Source: an uncultured bacterium (GTDB taxonomy: Bacteria > SAR324 > NAC60-12). Taken from it: DNA of 64,000 bases. The translations under genes and the position numbers were made by a program. Of this stretch, positions 10,177 to 19,698 are shown in pieces (the first letter of the stretch is position 1; each line of letters begins with the position of its first letter). The notes beneath the pieces were generated by a model. That model searched no databases. It was given only the letters and a program-made list of their open reading frames with translations, and was not told where the DNA came from. The stretch spans positions 1-64,000 of the forward strand of contig CBFIJD010000013.1 of assembly GCA_965662845.1 (NCBI GenBank), read 5' to 3'.

Positions 10177-11217
10177 TCACGGACAGGGATTGGAGTAGCG
10201 CTCGTGGATCTTCTCGATTTCATCGAACACTTCTTGAGACAGGACGAGACCAGCACTAGCGATGTTGGCGCGGAGCTGATCCATCGTCGTCGCGCCGATG
10301 ATGTTGCTCGTCACAAATCGTCGACTGTTGACGTAAGCCAAGGCCATTTGTGCAGGGTCAAGCTCGTGCTTCTTTGCCAGCTCGACATAAGCCTTAATCG
10401 CTTTCGCTGCGTTGATTGTTTTGTAGCGCGCGAACCGTTTGTAAAGTGTCAAACGCGCCTTTTCGGGCCTCGCGTTGTTCAGATATTTGCCGGAGAGCGC
10501 ACCAAACGCCAACGGAGAATAAGCCAGCAGTCCGACGTCTTCGCGGTGCGCAACTTCTCCCAGCCCGATCTCGAAGGTGCGGTTGAGTAAGTTGTACGGA
10601 TTCTGGATGCTGACCATGCGCGGCAAGCCTCTCGCCTCGGCGTAGTGAATGAACTTCATGGCCCCCCACGCGGATTCATTTGAGAGCCCAAAGTGTCGTG
10701 CCTTGCCTGTCTTCTGAATGGCAGCCAGCGCCTCTAGGGTTTCTTCAATCGGCGTCATCTGTTCTGCTTCGTCGTGCTCGTAGTTCATCTGCCCAAACTT
10801 GTTCATATTGCGATCCGGCCAGTGCAGTTGATATAGGTCAACGTAGTCCGTTTGCAGGCGTCGCAGACTATCGTTCAGCGCTTCTTCCATGATCTCGCGC
10901 GTGAGCCGCGTTTTGCCCTCGCGAATGTGTGGCGCTTTGATCATTGGCCCCACTACCTTGGTCGCCAGCACAATCTTATCTCGCTTTTTGCGAGCGGAGA
11001 GCCAATTCCCAATGATGGTCTCCGTATCTCCATACGTTTTTTCGCTGGGAGGGACGGGATACAGCTCAGCCGTGTCAAAAAAGTTGATGTCCTGCTCCAG
11101 CGCATAATCCATCTGCTCAAAGGCTTCGTCCTGCGTGTTTTGTTCGCCCCACGTCATGGTGCCCAAGCAAATTACGCTGACGTCAATGTCGGTTCGTCCG
11201 AGTTTGCGATATTCCAT
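10177..11217 (-). CDS. NADP(H)-dependent aldo/keto reductase (Tas-like)
   Basis: LGTMTWGEQN, DTAELY, DLYQLHWPDR, GLSNE, SIQNPYNLLNR. Confidence 0.93.
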   Translation of the reverse strand: MEYRKLGRTDIDVSVICLGTMTWGEQNTQDEAFEQMDYALEQDINFFDTAELYPVPPSEKTYGDTETIIGNWLSARKKRDKIVLATKVVGPMIKAPHIREGKTRLTREIMEEALNDSLRRLQTDYVDLYQLHWPDRNMNKFGQMNYEHDEAEQMTPIEETLEALAAIQKTGKARHFGLSNESAWGAMKFIHYAEARGLPRMVSIQNPYNLLNRTFEIGLGEVAHREDVGLLAYSPLAFGALSGKYLNNARPEKARLTLYKRFARYKTINAAKAIKAYVELAKKHELDPAQMALAYVNSRRFVTSNIIGATTMDQLRANIASAGLVLSQEVFDEIEKIHERYSNPCP

Positions 11218-11305
11218 GCGATACTTTTTCGGTTGGAGGGATGGTGAAAAATATTGATTTACGACACAGATTTGCTCTCTGCGACTGTCGAACAGCGCGG
11301 CGCGC

Positions 11306-12139
11306 TCAGGGATAGCGCGTAAATTTGCTAAAGTCGGGGGAGCGCTTCTCTACGAAGGCGTTGCGACCTTCTTGCCCTTCTGCGGTCTGGTAGAAGAGGA
11401 GTGTCGCAGAACCCGCCAATTCTTGTAGTCCAGCTTGGCCGTCACAGTCGGCATTGAGGGCGGCTTTCAAGCAGCGCAGCGCCATTGGAGAGTTCTGCAG
11501 CATTTCCCGGCACCATTGAACGGTCTCTACCTCTAGTTGTTCATAGGGAACGACGGTGTTCACCAGCCCCATGTCGAGCGCTTGCTGTGCGTCGTATTGG
11601 CGACACAGGAACCAGATCTCGCGAGCTTTTTTCTGTCCAACAATTCTTGCCATGTAGCTCGCGCCATACCCGCCATCGAAAGAGCCGACCTTAGGGCCTG
11701 TCTGCCCAAAAATCGCGTTGTCTGCGGCAATTGTCAGGTCACACATCATGTGCAGCACATGCCCGCCGCCAATCGCATAGCCCGCCACCATCGCGACGAT
11801 GGGCTTGGGACAAGTGCGCAGTTGACGCTGAAAATCAAGGACGTTCAGGCGCAGGTGCCCTGTCTCTGCGTCTTGATACCCCGCGTCTCCTCGCACTTTT
11901 TGATCGCCACCGGAGCAGAAGGCTTTTGCGCCTTGCCCCGTCAAAATCACAACACCGACCTGTGCGTCATCACGCGCATCTGCGAGGGCTTGCTCCATCT
12001 CACGCACCGTGAGCGGGGTAAACGCGTTGTGAACCTCCGGTCGGTTGATCGTGATCTTGGCGATACCTTCTTCGGACTTGTGATAGAGAATTTCTTGGAA
12101 AGAACCACTGGACTTCCAGTAATCGGCAGGGATGCTCAT
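11306..12139 (-). CDS. menB: 1,4-dihydroxy-2-naphthoyl-CoA synthase
   Basis: [49 protein letters not shown]. Confidence 0.97.
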   Translation of the reverse strand: MSIPADYWKSSGSFQEILYHKSEEGIAKITINRPEVHNAFTPLTVREMEQALADARDDAQVGVVILTGQGAKAFCSGGDQKVRGDAGYQDAETGHLRLNVLDFQRQLRTCPKPIVAMVAGYAIGGGHVLHMMCDLTIAADNAIFGQTGPKVGSFDGGYGASYMARIVGQKKAREIWFLCRQYDAQQALDMGLVNTVVPYEQLEVETVQWCREMLQNSPMALRCLKAALNADCDGQAGLQELAGSATLLFYQTAEGQEGRNAFVEKRSPDFSKFTRYP

Positions 12140-12281
12140 AACGTTCTCAAGCAGCAGGGATAGGAAAGCGCCGCGTAGGGCGACAGGCGAACAGACAATG
12201 AAACAGAACGGTAACGCGTTTCAAAAAACATCGCAAACACGGCAGGCAGGCCCCTGCGCATTCACATTTCCATTTTTTCGC

Positions 12282-12309
12282 TTTACATATTATATTTTCC
12301 GAATATACT
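12282..12309 (+). promoter_or_regulatory. sigma70-type promoter of the sulfur operon with an overlapping inverted-repeat operator
   Basis: TTTACA-16 nt-TATACT. The imperfect palindrome ATATTA-TATTTTCC-GAATAT (12287-12306) spans the spacer. AGGAGG RBS precedes ATG 12354. Confidence 0.65.
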
Positions 12310-12353
12310 CATTTTTGAATTTTTCAATAAACAAGGCATTGAAAGGAGGACTC

Positions 12354-13247
12354 ATGCCACTAGCGAAACAGATGCAGCCGTTATTGCTGGTTCTTGGTGT
12401 TGGGCTGGGCTTAGGCATCGTTTGGAACACCGTTGCTCAACTTCCGGCGGAACCGTTGGTGATGTCAGGACTAGTTGGCGCTGTCGTAATGGGTGCCACA
12501 CTGGGTTTGATTGGCGGGGGTGGATCGATTTTGACAGTGCCGATTCTGGTGTATTTACTGGACGTAGAGCCTGTGTTAGCGACGGGTTATTCCTTGTTTG
12601 TGGTTGGGTTGAGCGCACTGTTCGGCGCGAGCAACTACATGAAACAAGGTCTCGTGAACCTTAATGCGGGATTGATCTTCGCGGCGCCTGCGTTTGTGGG
12701 GGTGTTTGCCGCAAGGAAATTCGTAGTCCCCGCGCTGCCGGAAGAGATCTTCAGCGTCGGCAGCTTTGTGGTGGGCAAAGATCTGTTGGTGATGGGAGTC
12801 TTCGCGATTGTCATGATCATGGCCTCCGTCTCCATGATTCGGGGACGGGCCGAGAGCGACGCAGTGGAAGGTGAGTTGAAGTTCAATTATCCGATGATCG
12901 CGGTGGAAGGTTTGGTCGTCGGTCTAGTCACAGGGTTTGTCGGAGCCGGTGGTGGCTTTCTGATTATCCCCGCGTTGGTGGTCTTGGCGAAGCTACCGAT
13001 GAAGCAAGCCGTCGGCACCTCACTGATGATCATCGCCGTGAAGTCTCTGTTCGGCTTCTTAGGAGACCTTGGCAATCAACCGATTGACTGGAACTTTTTG
13101 GGGATGTTTTCTGCGCTCTCCATCGTTGGGATTTATGGCGGAACGTATCTCGCCAAGTTTATTCCGAGCAGTAAGCTGAAGCCTGGCTTTGGCTGGTTTG
13201 TCTTGGTGATGGGAATCTTCATCATCGCCAAAGAAACGGTTCTTTAA
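12354..13247 (+). CDS. Sulfite exporter TauE/SafE family protein
   Basis: LGLIGGGGSILTVPILVY, GFVGAGGGFLIIPALV, AVGTSL; strong RBS. Confidence 0.92.
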   Translation: MPLAKQMQPLLLVLGVGLGLGIVWNTVAQLPAEPLVMSGLVGAVVMGATLGLIGGGGSILTVPILVYLLDVEPVLATGYSLFVVGLSALFGASNYMKQGLVNLNAGLIFAAPAFVGVFAARKFVVPALPEEIFSVGSFVVGKDLLVMGVFAIVMIMASVSMIRGRAESDAVEGELKFNYPMIAVEGLVVGLVTGFVGAGGGFLIIPALVVLAKLPMKQAVGTSLMIIAVKSLFGFLGDLGNQPIDWNFLGMFSALSIVGIYGGTYLAKFIPSSKLKPGFGWFVLVMGIFIIAKETVL

Positions 13248-13276
13248 CGTCACTGGAACTTCGAGAAGGAGGAGTT

Positions 13277-13486
13277 ATGAAATTTGAAAAAAATATTGGC
13301 AAAGCCGAGCGCGTGTTTCGCATCGCAGCAGGGGTTGGTGTCCTCGCGTTGGGTTTTGTGACAGATAGCTGGTTGGGCCTGATCGGAGTGGTTCCGATCG
13401 CCACAGCTGCCATCGGGTGGTGTCCACCCTATTCCTTGCTCGGGATCAACACGAACAAGGATCATTCCACTCAAACTGCACCCTAA
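13277..13486 (+). CDS. DUF2892 (YgaP membrane-domain-like) protein
   Basis: KNIG..ER..R...G, two TM segments, GWCPPY..LGINT. Confidence 0.9.
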   Translation: MKFEKNIGKAERVFRIAAGVGVLALGFVTDSWLGLIGVVPIATAAIGWCPPYSLLGINTNKDHSTQTAP

Positions 13487-13499
13487 ATCGAGAGCCTTT

Positions 13500-14084
13500 A
13501 TGAATTGGACAAAACGAATTTTTTTCTCCGTCGTTAGCGCTGCGCTGCTAGTGAGCCCCATTCAGGCAAGTGACAACACGGCCCCAATGGAAAAGGAAGT
13601 CAAGCAAGTCATCCAGAGTTTTGGCAAAGAACTCAAAGGGGAGCTGATGGCTGCGATGAAAGCGGGGGGACCAACGAACGCGATTCCCGTCTGTGCCGAC
13701 AAAGCTCCCAGCATTGCGTCTCGACTCTCTCGAGAGACCGGTTGGATGGTGCGGCGTGTCAGCCTGAAAGCTCGTAACCCTCTGGACACTCCCGACGCCT
13801 GGGAAGTGAAGACCTTGCAAGACTTTGACGCGAAAGTCGCCGCAGGCACAGCGCCTCAAGGGCTGGCACACAGTGCAATCGAGACCACAGACAACGGTCG
13901 CTACTACCGCTTCGCCATGGCCATCCCCACCATGGGCGCCTGCTTGAATTGTCACGGTACCGACGATAAGCAGCACCCCGCAGCGAAGACCGCGCTGCAG
14001 AAGATGTATCCACATGACGTCGCGACCGGCTATCAGGTCGGGATGGTCCGCGGAGCGTTCTCGGTCAAAGTTCCGCTAGACTGA
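13500..14084 (+). CDS. Exported DUF3365/Tll0287-like c-type cytochrome
   Basis: Signal peptide, GG..NAIPVC, RRVSLKARNP..PDAWE, CLNCH heme motif, YP.D.A.GY..G.VRGAFSV. Confidence 0.88.
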   Translation: MNWTKRIFFSVVSAALLVSPIQASDNTAPMEKEVKQVIQSFGKELKGELMAAMKAGGPTNAIPVCADKAPSIASRLSRETGWMVRRVSLKARNPLDTPDAWEVKTLQDFDAKVAAGTAPQGLAHSAIETTDNGRYYRFAMAIPTMGACLNCHGTDDKQHPAAKTALQKMYPHDVATGYQVGMVRGAFSVKVPLD

Positions 14085-14108
14085 CCTCACCCTTTCTCAG
14101 GACGTCAC

Positions 14109-14453
14109 ATGAAGCAGCCACAGAGTATCAACCCCAAGTTGGAAGATGACCTCCGCTTTTTGTTTGAGGAGCAGGGGGAAAACATCGAAGAGGCCACCCG
14201 CTGTTTGAAGGTGTTGTCGCATCCGGCACGCCTGAAAATTTTGTGTGCCTTGCGCGGCGGCGAAATGAACGTCCAAGAGTTGGAGCACCTGACTTCGCTG
14301 AAGCAAGCAACGCTGTCTCAGCATTTGTCTTTGCTCAAAGCGCACGACGTGCTCCAGTCCCGACGCGAAGCGAATTATTCCTACTATCGCATCGCAAACG
14401 ACCAATATTTACGCTTGTTCGATATGCTCAAAAACATGTTCTGCGGAGTGTGA
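14109..14453 (+). CDS. ArsR/SmtB family repressor, SqrR/BigR-type persulfide sensor
   Basis: LSHPARLKILC...LSQHL HTH, plus the C-terminal MFC: both cysteines characteristic of BigR/SqrR are present. Confidence 0.88.
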   Translation: MKQPQSINPKLEDDLRFLFEEQGENIEEATRCLKVLSHPARLKILCALRGGEMNVQELEHLTSLKQATLSQHLSLLKAHDVLQSRREANYSYYRIANDQYLRLFDMLKNMFCGV

Positions 14454-14525
14454 TTTTTGAGCTTTTTTTCTGTGCACCTTCCCAGGTTGCAGTTTGTTCC
14501 CCATCTCTCAATGCAGGAGAAAAAT

Positions 14526-15548
14526 ATGAGTGCAATCGGATTTCGCCAACTCTTTGACTATGACACTTGGACTTACACCTACGTTCTGTGGGACTTAGAC
14601 ACCAAAGATGCGATTTTAATTGACCCAGTGCGCGAGCAATACCTGCGCGATTTAGAAGTGCTGACTGACCTCGGGCTCAAACTGCACTATGTGCTCGACA
14701 CTCACGTACACGCAGATCACATCACCTCGCTGGGGATGTTCCGCGATTCTATGGGCGCGAAGACCGTCTTTGGCAAACCAGCTGGGGTAGCTTGCGCGGA
14801 CGTTCTGTTAGAAGATGGCGAAACGCTGACCTTTGGCAAGCACACGATCAAAGCGCTGGCCACCCCAGGTCACACTGACGCCTGCACCAGCTACCAAGTT
14901 GAAGACATGGTGTTCACTGGGGACGCGCTCCTGATTCGCGGCTGCGGACGAACCGACTTTCAGCAAGGCAGCCCAGAGAAGCTCTATCACAGCATCCACG
15001 AGAAGATCTTTACTTTGCCAGACGACACCAAAGTCTATCCAGGGCACGACTATCGCGGGCGAACCGTCTCCTCTGTCGGCGAAGAGAAGCAGCTGAATCC
15101 TCGCTTGAAGGTGGACAACACGCTGGAAGACTTCTCGCGCATCATGAACAACCTCAACCTGCCCCACCCCAAGAAGATTGCGGCTTCTCTGCCAGCGAAT
15201 ATGGAGTGTGGCATCATCGATGAGGAGATTCCGGCGGATGCGTTCACGATGGATCAACTCAAAGAGCGTTGTGAGAGTCTGCCTAGCACCGAACTCATGG
15301 TCGATGTGCGAACGCCGCAGGAATACAAGGAAGGACACATTGCAGGCAGCATTAACATTCCGTTGGGCGACGAAGCCCAATACCTTGATAAGCTCCGTAG
15401 CTATGACAAGGTCTACATGTTCTGTCGCTCCGGCCGTCGCGCTCGTTTTGCGGCGTCTTCTCTGAACAACAAGGGCATCGACAACATCGTCTGCATCCCC
15501 AACTCCGGCATGATGCAATGGACTGAAGCCGGCTATCCGACGGTTTGA
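14526..15548 (+). CDS. Persulfide dioxygenase (ETHE1-like MBL fold) fused to a C-terminal rhodanese
   Basis: DTHVHADH, TPGHT, FTGDALLIRGCGRTDFQ, YPGHDY, PAN..CG; then DVRTPQEY..GHI and active-site FCRSGRRA. Confidence 0.93.
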   Translation: MSAIGFRQLFDYDTWTYTYVLWDLDTKDAILIDPVREQYLRDLEVLTDLGLKLHYVLDTHVHADHITSLGMFRDSMGAKTVFGKPAGVACADVLLEDGETLTFGKHTIKALATPGHTDACTSYQVEDMVFTGDALLIRGCGRTDFQQGSPEKLYHSIHEKIFTLPDDTKVYPGHDYRGRTVSSVGEEKQLNPRLKVDNTLEDFSRIMNNLNLPHPKKIAASLPANMECGIIDEEIPADAFTMDQLKERCESLPSTELMVDVRTPQEYKEGHIAGSINIPLGDEAQYLDKLRSYDKVYMFCRSGRRARFAASSLNNKGIDNIVCIPNSGMMQWTEAGYPTV

Positions 15549-15659
15549 TCCTTACTTTTTTGCCAGTCATCAAAGTTTCAGGTCTTGGGTGAACGCTTCC
15601 CACTTTCAGAGGCGTCGCCCACGCTCAACAAAATTCATCTCTCTAAGAGTAACCTCAAC

Positions 15660-16094
15660 ATGCAGATTCAAGATTTCTCAGTGGTAGAACCCCTATTGGG
15701 CGGGGTTCTCATCGGTTTGGCCTCCGCTGCGCTCATGTATTTCAACGGCAGAATTGCAGGGATCTCCGGGATTTACCGAGGTCTCATTGTGCCGCAAGGC
15801 GGGCTGGTTTGGCGTGGACTGTTTATCGGTGGAATGATCTTAGGCGGGCTCGTGATGGCGATCGTCTCCCCAAGCCTGTTTGTCGATACCGCAGATCGCG
15901 GGTTGATCACGACGCTGCTCGCGGGAGTGCTCGTTGGTGTCGGAGTGCGGATTGGGAGTGGCTGCACCAGCGGTCACGGCATCTGCGGCATTGGGCGTTT
16001 GTCGGCACGCTCCATGGCTTCCGTCGGGGTATTTATGACGACAGGCATCCTCATGGTCTTCATTGTCAACCACTTGCTAGGCGGGGCACTATGA
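15660..16094 (+). CDS. YeeE/YedE family sulfur-compound transporter subunit (PmpA-like)
   Basis: GGVLIG, GRIAGISG, GSGCTSGHGICG..RLS.RS. Confidence 0.92.
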   Translation: MQIQDFSVVEPLLGGVLIGLASAALMYFNGRIAGISGIYRGLIVPQGGLVWRGLFIGGMILGGLVMAIVSPSLFVDTADRGLITTLLAGVLVGVGVRIGSGCTSGHGICGIGRLSARSMASVGVFMTTGILMVFIVNHLLGGAL

Positions 16095-16552
16095 ACGAGA
16101 TCTTCAAGAATAAAGAGAACATTGTCAGTTTGGCGGCAGGGCTGCTGTTTGGCATCGGCCTCGCCATCAGCGGGATGACGCAACCCGGAAAAGTGATTGG
16201 CTTTCTGGACTTTACGGGGAATTGGGATCCTAGCCTGATTTTTGTGATGGGCGGCGGGACTACCGTTTACATGATCTTATACCAATGGATCATCAAGCAT
16301 GAACGACCGCTCTATGCGCCCAGCTTTCAAATTCCCAATCGCAAAGACGTGGATCGTCCCCTAGTCATTGGGGCCGTGCTGTTTGGGCTCGGATGGGGCC
16401 TTGGTGGGTTTTGTCCTGGGCCGGGGCTCACTTCGTTATTCTCAGGAAATTTGGGAGCCGTGCTGTTCGTCATCGGTATGACCGGTGGAATGCTCGTTGC
16501 GCCCACCGTCGAGAAAAAACTGATCCCCAAAGCAGCACAAATCCCTGCTTAA
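16091..16552 (+). CDS. YeeE/YedE family sulfur-compound transporter subunit (PmpB/DUF6691-like)
   Basis: GLAISGM..P.KVIGFLD..G.WDPSL, FGLGWGLGGFCPGP; ATGA overlap with the previous gene. Confidence 0.92.
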   Translation: MNEIFKNKENIVSLAAGLLFGIGLAISGMTQPGKVIGFLDFTGNWDPSLIFVMGGGTTVYMILYQWIIKHERPLYAPSFQIPNRKDVDRPLVIGAVLFGLGWGLGGFCPGPGLTSLFSGNLGAVLFVIGMTGGMLVAPTVEKKLIPKAAQIPA

Positions 16553-16563
16553 TCCTGCCGAAC

Positions 16564-16588
16564 AACGTCCGACTGCGCGTCGGACGTT
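16564..16588. terminator. Hairpin between convergent genes, probable terminator
   Basis: Perfect 10 bp stem AACGTCCGAC-TGCGC-GTCGGACGTT; U-tract is weak. Confidence 0.55.
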
Positions 16589-16599
16589 CCTCCTCGCTT

Positions 16600-17421
16600 T
16601 CAGCTGTAAAACGCGCCCGAAAACAATGGACGATACTCCAGCGTGGTGGCGCTATCCTCTCCCAAAAATTTGAAGACCGCGATGCAACCTTTGCGAGCGA
16701 CTTCTTTATATTCGGGCTCTTTTTTCAACACTTCGATCCACGCGGCTAACGCTCGCTCAAAACGGCCTTCACGCAGATGTTGGATGCCGCTCTTCAGGGT
16801 CTCTTGATGAGAACTCGCCGGTAAGGCCTGCACAAACGGAGGCTGCATCATCTCTAGCAGAGTCCCTATCGCTTCAGCGACTGCATAGTGCTTCGAGTCT
16901 TCTTGAATCGGAGCAAGCAGTTCCGGAATTTGCTGCTGCCAGTCTGCGTTGTGCGAGACCAGAAAAATCCGCGCAAGCAGCACCCGCGCTTCGTGATTGT
17001 CGGGATTTTCTTGGATAATCTTTGGCAAAACGCGGAGGGCGGTGTCGACGTCGCCTCGCCCCAAGGCTTGCTTGGCGAGGTTGAGATCTTCGCCTCCGGC
17101 GCTGGGAAGGGCTTGCTCTAGCCACTGCCGCACAGCATGCTCAGGCAAGGCGCCAGCGAACTCATGGACGACATTACCGTCCACAAAGAGTTTTACAGCG
17201 GGAATGCTGCGGATCTGGAAATGCATGGAGATTTCTTGATGCAGTTCCGTATTGATTTTCACGAGCGACCAACGCCCGACGTTTTCAGCAGCGAGCTTTT
17301 CCAGCACAGGCCCCAACACGCGGCATGGCCCACACCACTCTGCCCAGAAGTCGACCAGCACAGGCTCCTGAAAGCTGCGCTCTATCACGTCTTGTTGAAA
17401 ATCGTTCAATTCATAGCTCAT
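16600..17421 (-). CDS. Thioredoxin plus TPR chaperedoxin (YbbN/CnoX family)
   Basis: VDFWAEWCGPC thioredoxin domain followed by TPR helices; AAGGAG RBS before ATG 17421. Confidence 0.9.
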   Translation of the reverse strand: MSYELNDFQQDVIERSFQEPVLVDFWAEWCGPCRVLGPVLEKLAAENVGRWSLVKINTELHQEISMHFQIRSIPAVKLFVDGNVVHEFAGALPEHAVRQWLEQALPSAGGEDLNLAKQALGRGDVDTALRVLPKIIQENPDNHEARVLLARIFLVSHNADWQQQIPELLAPIQEDSKHYAVAEAIGTLLEMMQPPFVQALPASSHQETLKSGIQHLREGRFERALAAWIEVLKKEPEYKEVARKGCIAVFKFLGEDSATTLEYRPLFSGAFYS

Positions 17422-17467
17422 ACAAGGCTCCTTTCGTGGTGGTAAAATCACTGAGCCAGCGCTGCGA

Positions 17468-17632
17468 TCAAGACATCGCGGGAGAGGCTTCGGTCGCCTT
17501 CGTGGAGCCCTTCCCAAAAGGGGAAATTCTATCGCCAATGCCTTCGATGCGGCCCAACATATCCTGATATACGGCGATCAGATGCGCTTGTCGCAGTGCT
17601 TGCTCTAGCTGTGGGTCTAAGTTCTTCTCCAT
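17468..17632 (-). CDS. Small hypothetical protein (54 aa)
   Basis: ATG preceded by GAAGGGA; fills the gap upstream of the thioredoxin gene. Confidence 0.45.
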   Translation of the reverse strand: MEKNLDPQLEQALRQAHLIAVYQDMLGRIEGIGDRISPFGKGSTKATEASPAMS

Positions 17633-17928
17633 GTATCCCTTCTTTGCAAGTGTTCTGTGAAGCACTAAGTGCAGAAAATGAGGTTCTCCGCTCCACGTTC
17701 TATGCCACTCAAGCTTGTCAATTCTGAGAATTTCATGGTCGGCAAGAGTTTTGCCTAAGCGAGCGCAAGTTATTGTTTTTCAATTGTGATAAAATTCCAT
17801 ATTCTAACGAAACAACGCGTACACAGAAATTGGCTTGATTTTCTGAGAGCCTTCGTTTCAGTTTCGTCCTCCGCTCCGACACAGGAAGTGTCCAAAGCAC
17901 CAACCCGCTGCTATGACGCCGGACCGCC

Positions 17929-19698
17929 ATGAACATTCTCGATCAATTCCGCAAACGGGTCGTCACCGATACTGAGGCAGAAGTCCTACAAATCCTAGAG
18001 CGCGGAAAGCAACTGCTCGACAGTCACTTTTATGAACGCTCGATGATTGAGTTTAGCCGAGCGATGCAGTTGAATCGCAAGCTGGCCTCTGAAACCGTCA
18101 CAGGGATTTATCACGAGATGCAAGGCTCCGGAGACCTCTCAGGGCTGATCTCCGTAGGCAGCAGCATCCTCTCCATGGATCCCAAGAACACCGAGCTCGC
18201 CAACACCATCGGGAACATGTGCCGGCGCAATGGAGACTGGAACCAAGCTCTCAGCCTCTACGAACACTGCCTCAAAATCGATCCCAAGCACGTCTTTGCG
18301 TCCTATAACCTCGCGGCGACGATTGCGAGGCTCGAAATTGCCGACGAAGCCGCCGTCCACGCGATCGCTCCCTTTGAGTCCATGGAGACCTTCAAGCTGC
18401 CCGATTATCATCAGCATCTGCCCGAATTGTGGGACCTGCATCATCAGATGCTGCCGCCCGAAGAAGAGGAGGAGGAAGAGGACGAAGACGAAGATGATTA
18501 CACGCCCCCACCCACTCGCGAAGAAGCCGAAGTCCAAGAAGACGACTTTGACTTTGAACCAGAAGAAATCCAGTGGGGCGAGCTGCTCGACTTTGTGTTG
18601 GCACACACCGCAGAAGATCCCGCCCGACAGCGCCGCGTTTTGATGACGATGGGGCTCTGTTGCCTAGAACGCAAGATCCCTGTCACCGCCCGACGTGTAT
18701 TAGATCAGCTCTCCTACCAAGAGCCCAAGAACCTCACTCTGCGCTGTTGCTGGCTGCTCACCCTCGCGATTGAAGGCAAACCACAAGAAGCCATCAGCAA
18801 GCTCGTGCTCTTGCTGGGGAAATATCCCAATCACCGCTACGCTAACCTCAATCTTGGCATCCTCTATCGGCAGGCGAACAAACCAATGTCTGCGCGGCGA
18901 CACTTCTTCATAACTTATAAGCTGTTGCTGCGCTCCCAAGGACACTATGAAATTGAAGACTGTCTGCGCATCGGGCATGAATTTCACGAAAAGCAATCCT
19001 ACAAAAAAGCGCTCGCGATTTATGAACCTCTGATCCCTGAGATCAGTGACATTGACCTGCTCAACCGCATCGGTCATCTGTATTTAGAGCAGCGAAACCT
19101 CGATGACGCCTACAAAGCCTTTCAACGAGCCTTGCGCAAAGACCGCAAAAACGCCGTCGCTCGACAAGAACTCAAAGCAGTGCGGGAAGCCTACATTCAG
19201 CAAGCAGAGAACGACATCCGCAAAGGTAGCTGGAAAGACGCGGCTCATAAGTTTGAACAAGTCCTCGCGATCTTGCCCAGCATCAGCGTGATTAAAGAGC
19301 TGCAAGAGGTCTACATCAAGCTCGAAGACCGCAAGCGCATCCGCGAGTTAGACCAAAAAATCCAAGACTTGCGCGACGCTGAAGTGGAACGCCAGCAGCA
19401 ACACTTCCTAGAAATCGCAATTCAGGCAGAGTCAGTGCCCGACTTCAAAGATGCGATGAATGCTTATGAAGAGGCCCTGCGCATTCGCCCTCGTCGCGAT
19501 GTCTTCCTGCGCATGATCTCTTTGTGCGAGACTATGGAACGAACCGAGTTGGTCCCGCAGCTCACCGCGTGGTTCAATGAAATTGAAGAAGAATATCAGC
19601 GTCAGCAAGAAGAAGAGGCTCGCCCTGCAGAAGAAGACCTCAAAGAAAATGAGAACGCGGGCGGGAAGCGCAAACGCCGGAAGAAGAAAGCCGAATGA
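17929..19698 (+). CDS. Tetratricopeptide repeat protein with an acidic insert
   Basis: Multiple TPR motifs, poly-E/D tract at 18460-18498, basic C-terminus; paralogue of 47698-49407. Confidence 0.85.
   Translation: MNILDQFRKRVVTDTEAEVLQILERGKQLLDSHFYERSMIEFSRAMQLNRKLASETVTGIYHEMQGSGDLSGLISVGSSILSMDPKNTELANTIGNMCRRNGDWNQALSLYEHCLKIDPKHVFASYNLAATIARLEIADEAAVHAIAPFESMETFKLPDYHQHLPELWDLHHQMLPPEEEEEEEDEDEDDYTPPPTREEAEVQEDDFDFEPEEIQWGELLDFVLAHTAEDPARQRRVLMTMGLCCLERKIPVTARRVLDQLSYQEPKNLTLRCCWLLTLAIEGKPQEAISKLVLLLGKYPNHRYANLNLGILYRQANKPMSARRHFFITYKLLLRSQGHYEIEDCLRIGHEFHEKQSYKKALAIYEPLIPEISDIDLLNRIGHLYLEQRNLDDAYKAFQRALRKDRKNAVARQELKAVREAYIQQAENDIRKGSWKDAAHKFEQVLAILPSISVIKELQEVYIKLEDRKRIRELDQKIQDLRDAEVERQQQHFLEIAIQAESVPDFKDAMNAYEEALRIRPRRDVFLRMISLCETMERTELVPQLTAWFNEIEEEYQRQQEEEARPAEEDLKENENAGGKRKRRKKKAE

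Noticed and set aside
12132..12353. N-terminal extension of the TauE ORF given in the track
   Set aside because: The region is an AT-rich promoter, and the AGGAGG RBS supports ATG 12354. Similar over-extended starts were trimmed for several other ORFs.
18460..18498. GAR/GAY-rich repeat-like tract
   Set aside because: It encodes the poly-E/D linker of the TPR protein and is not a DNA repeat element.
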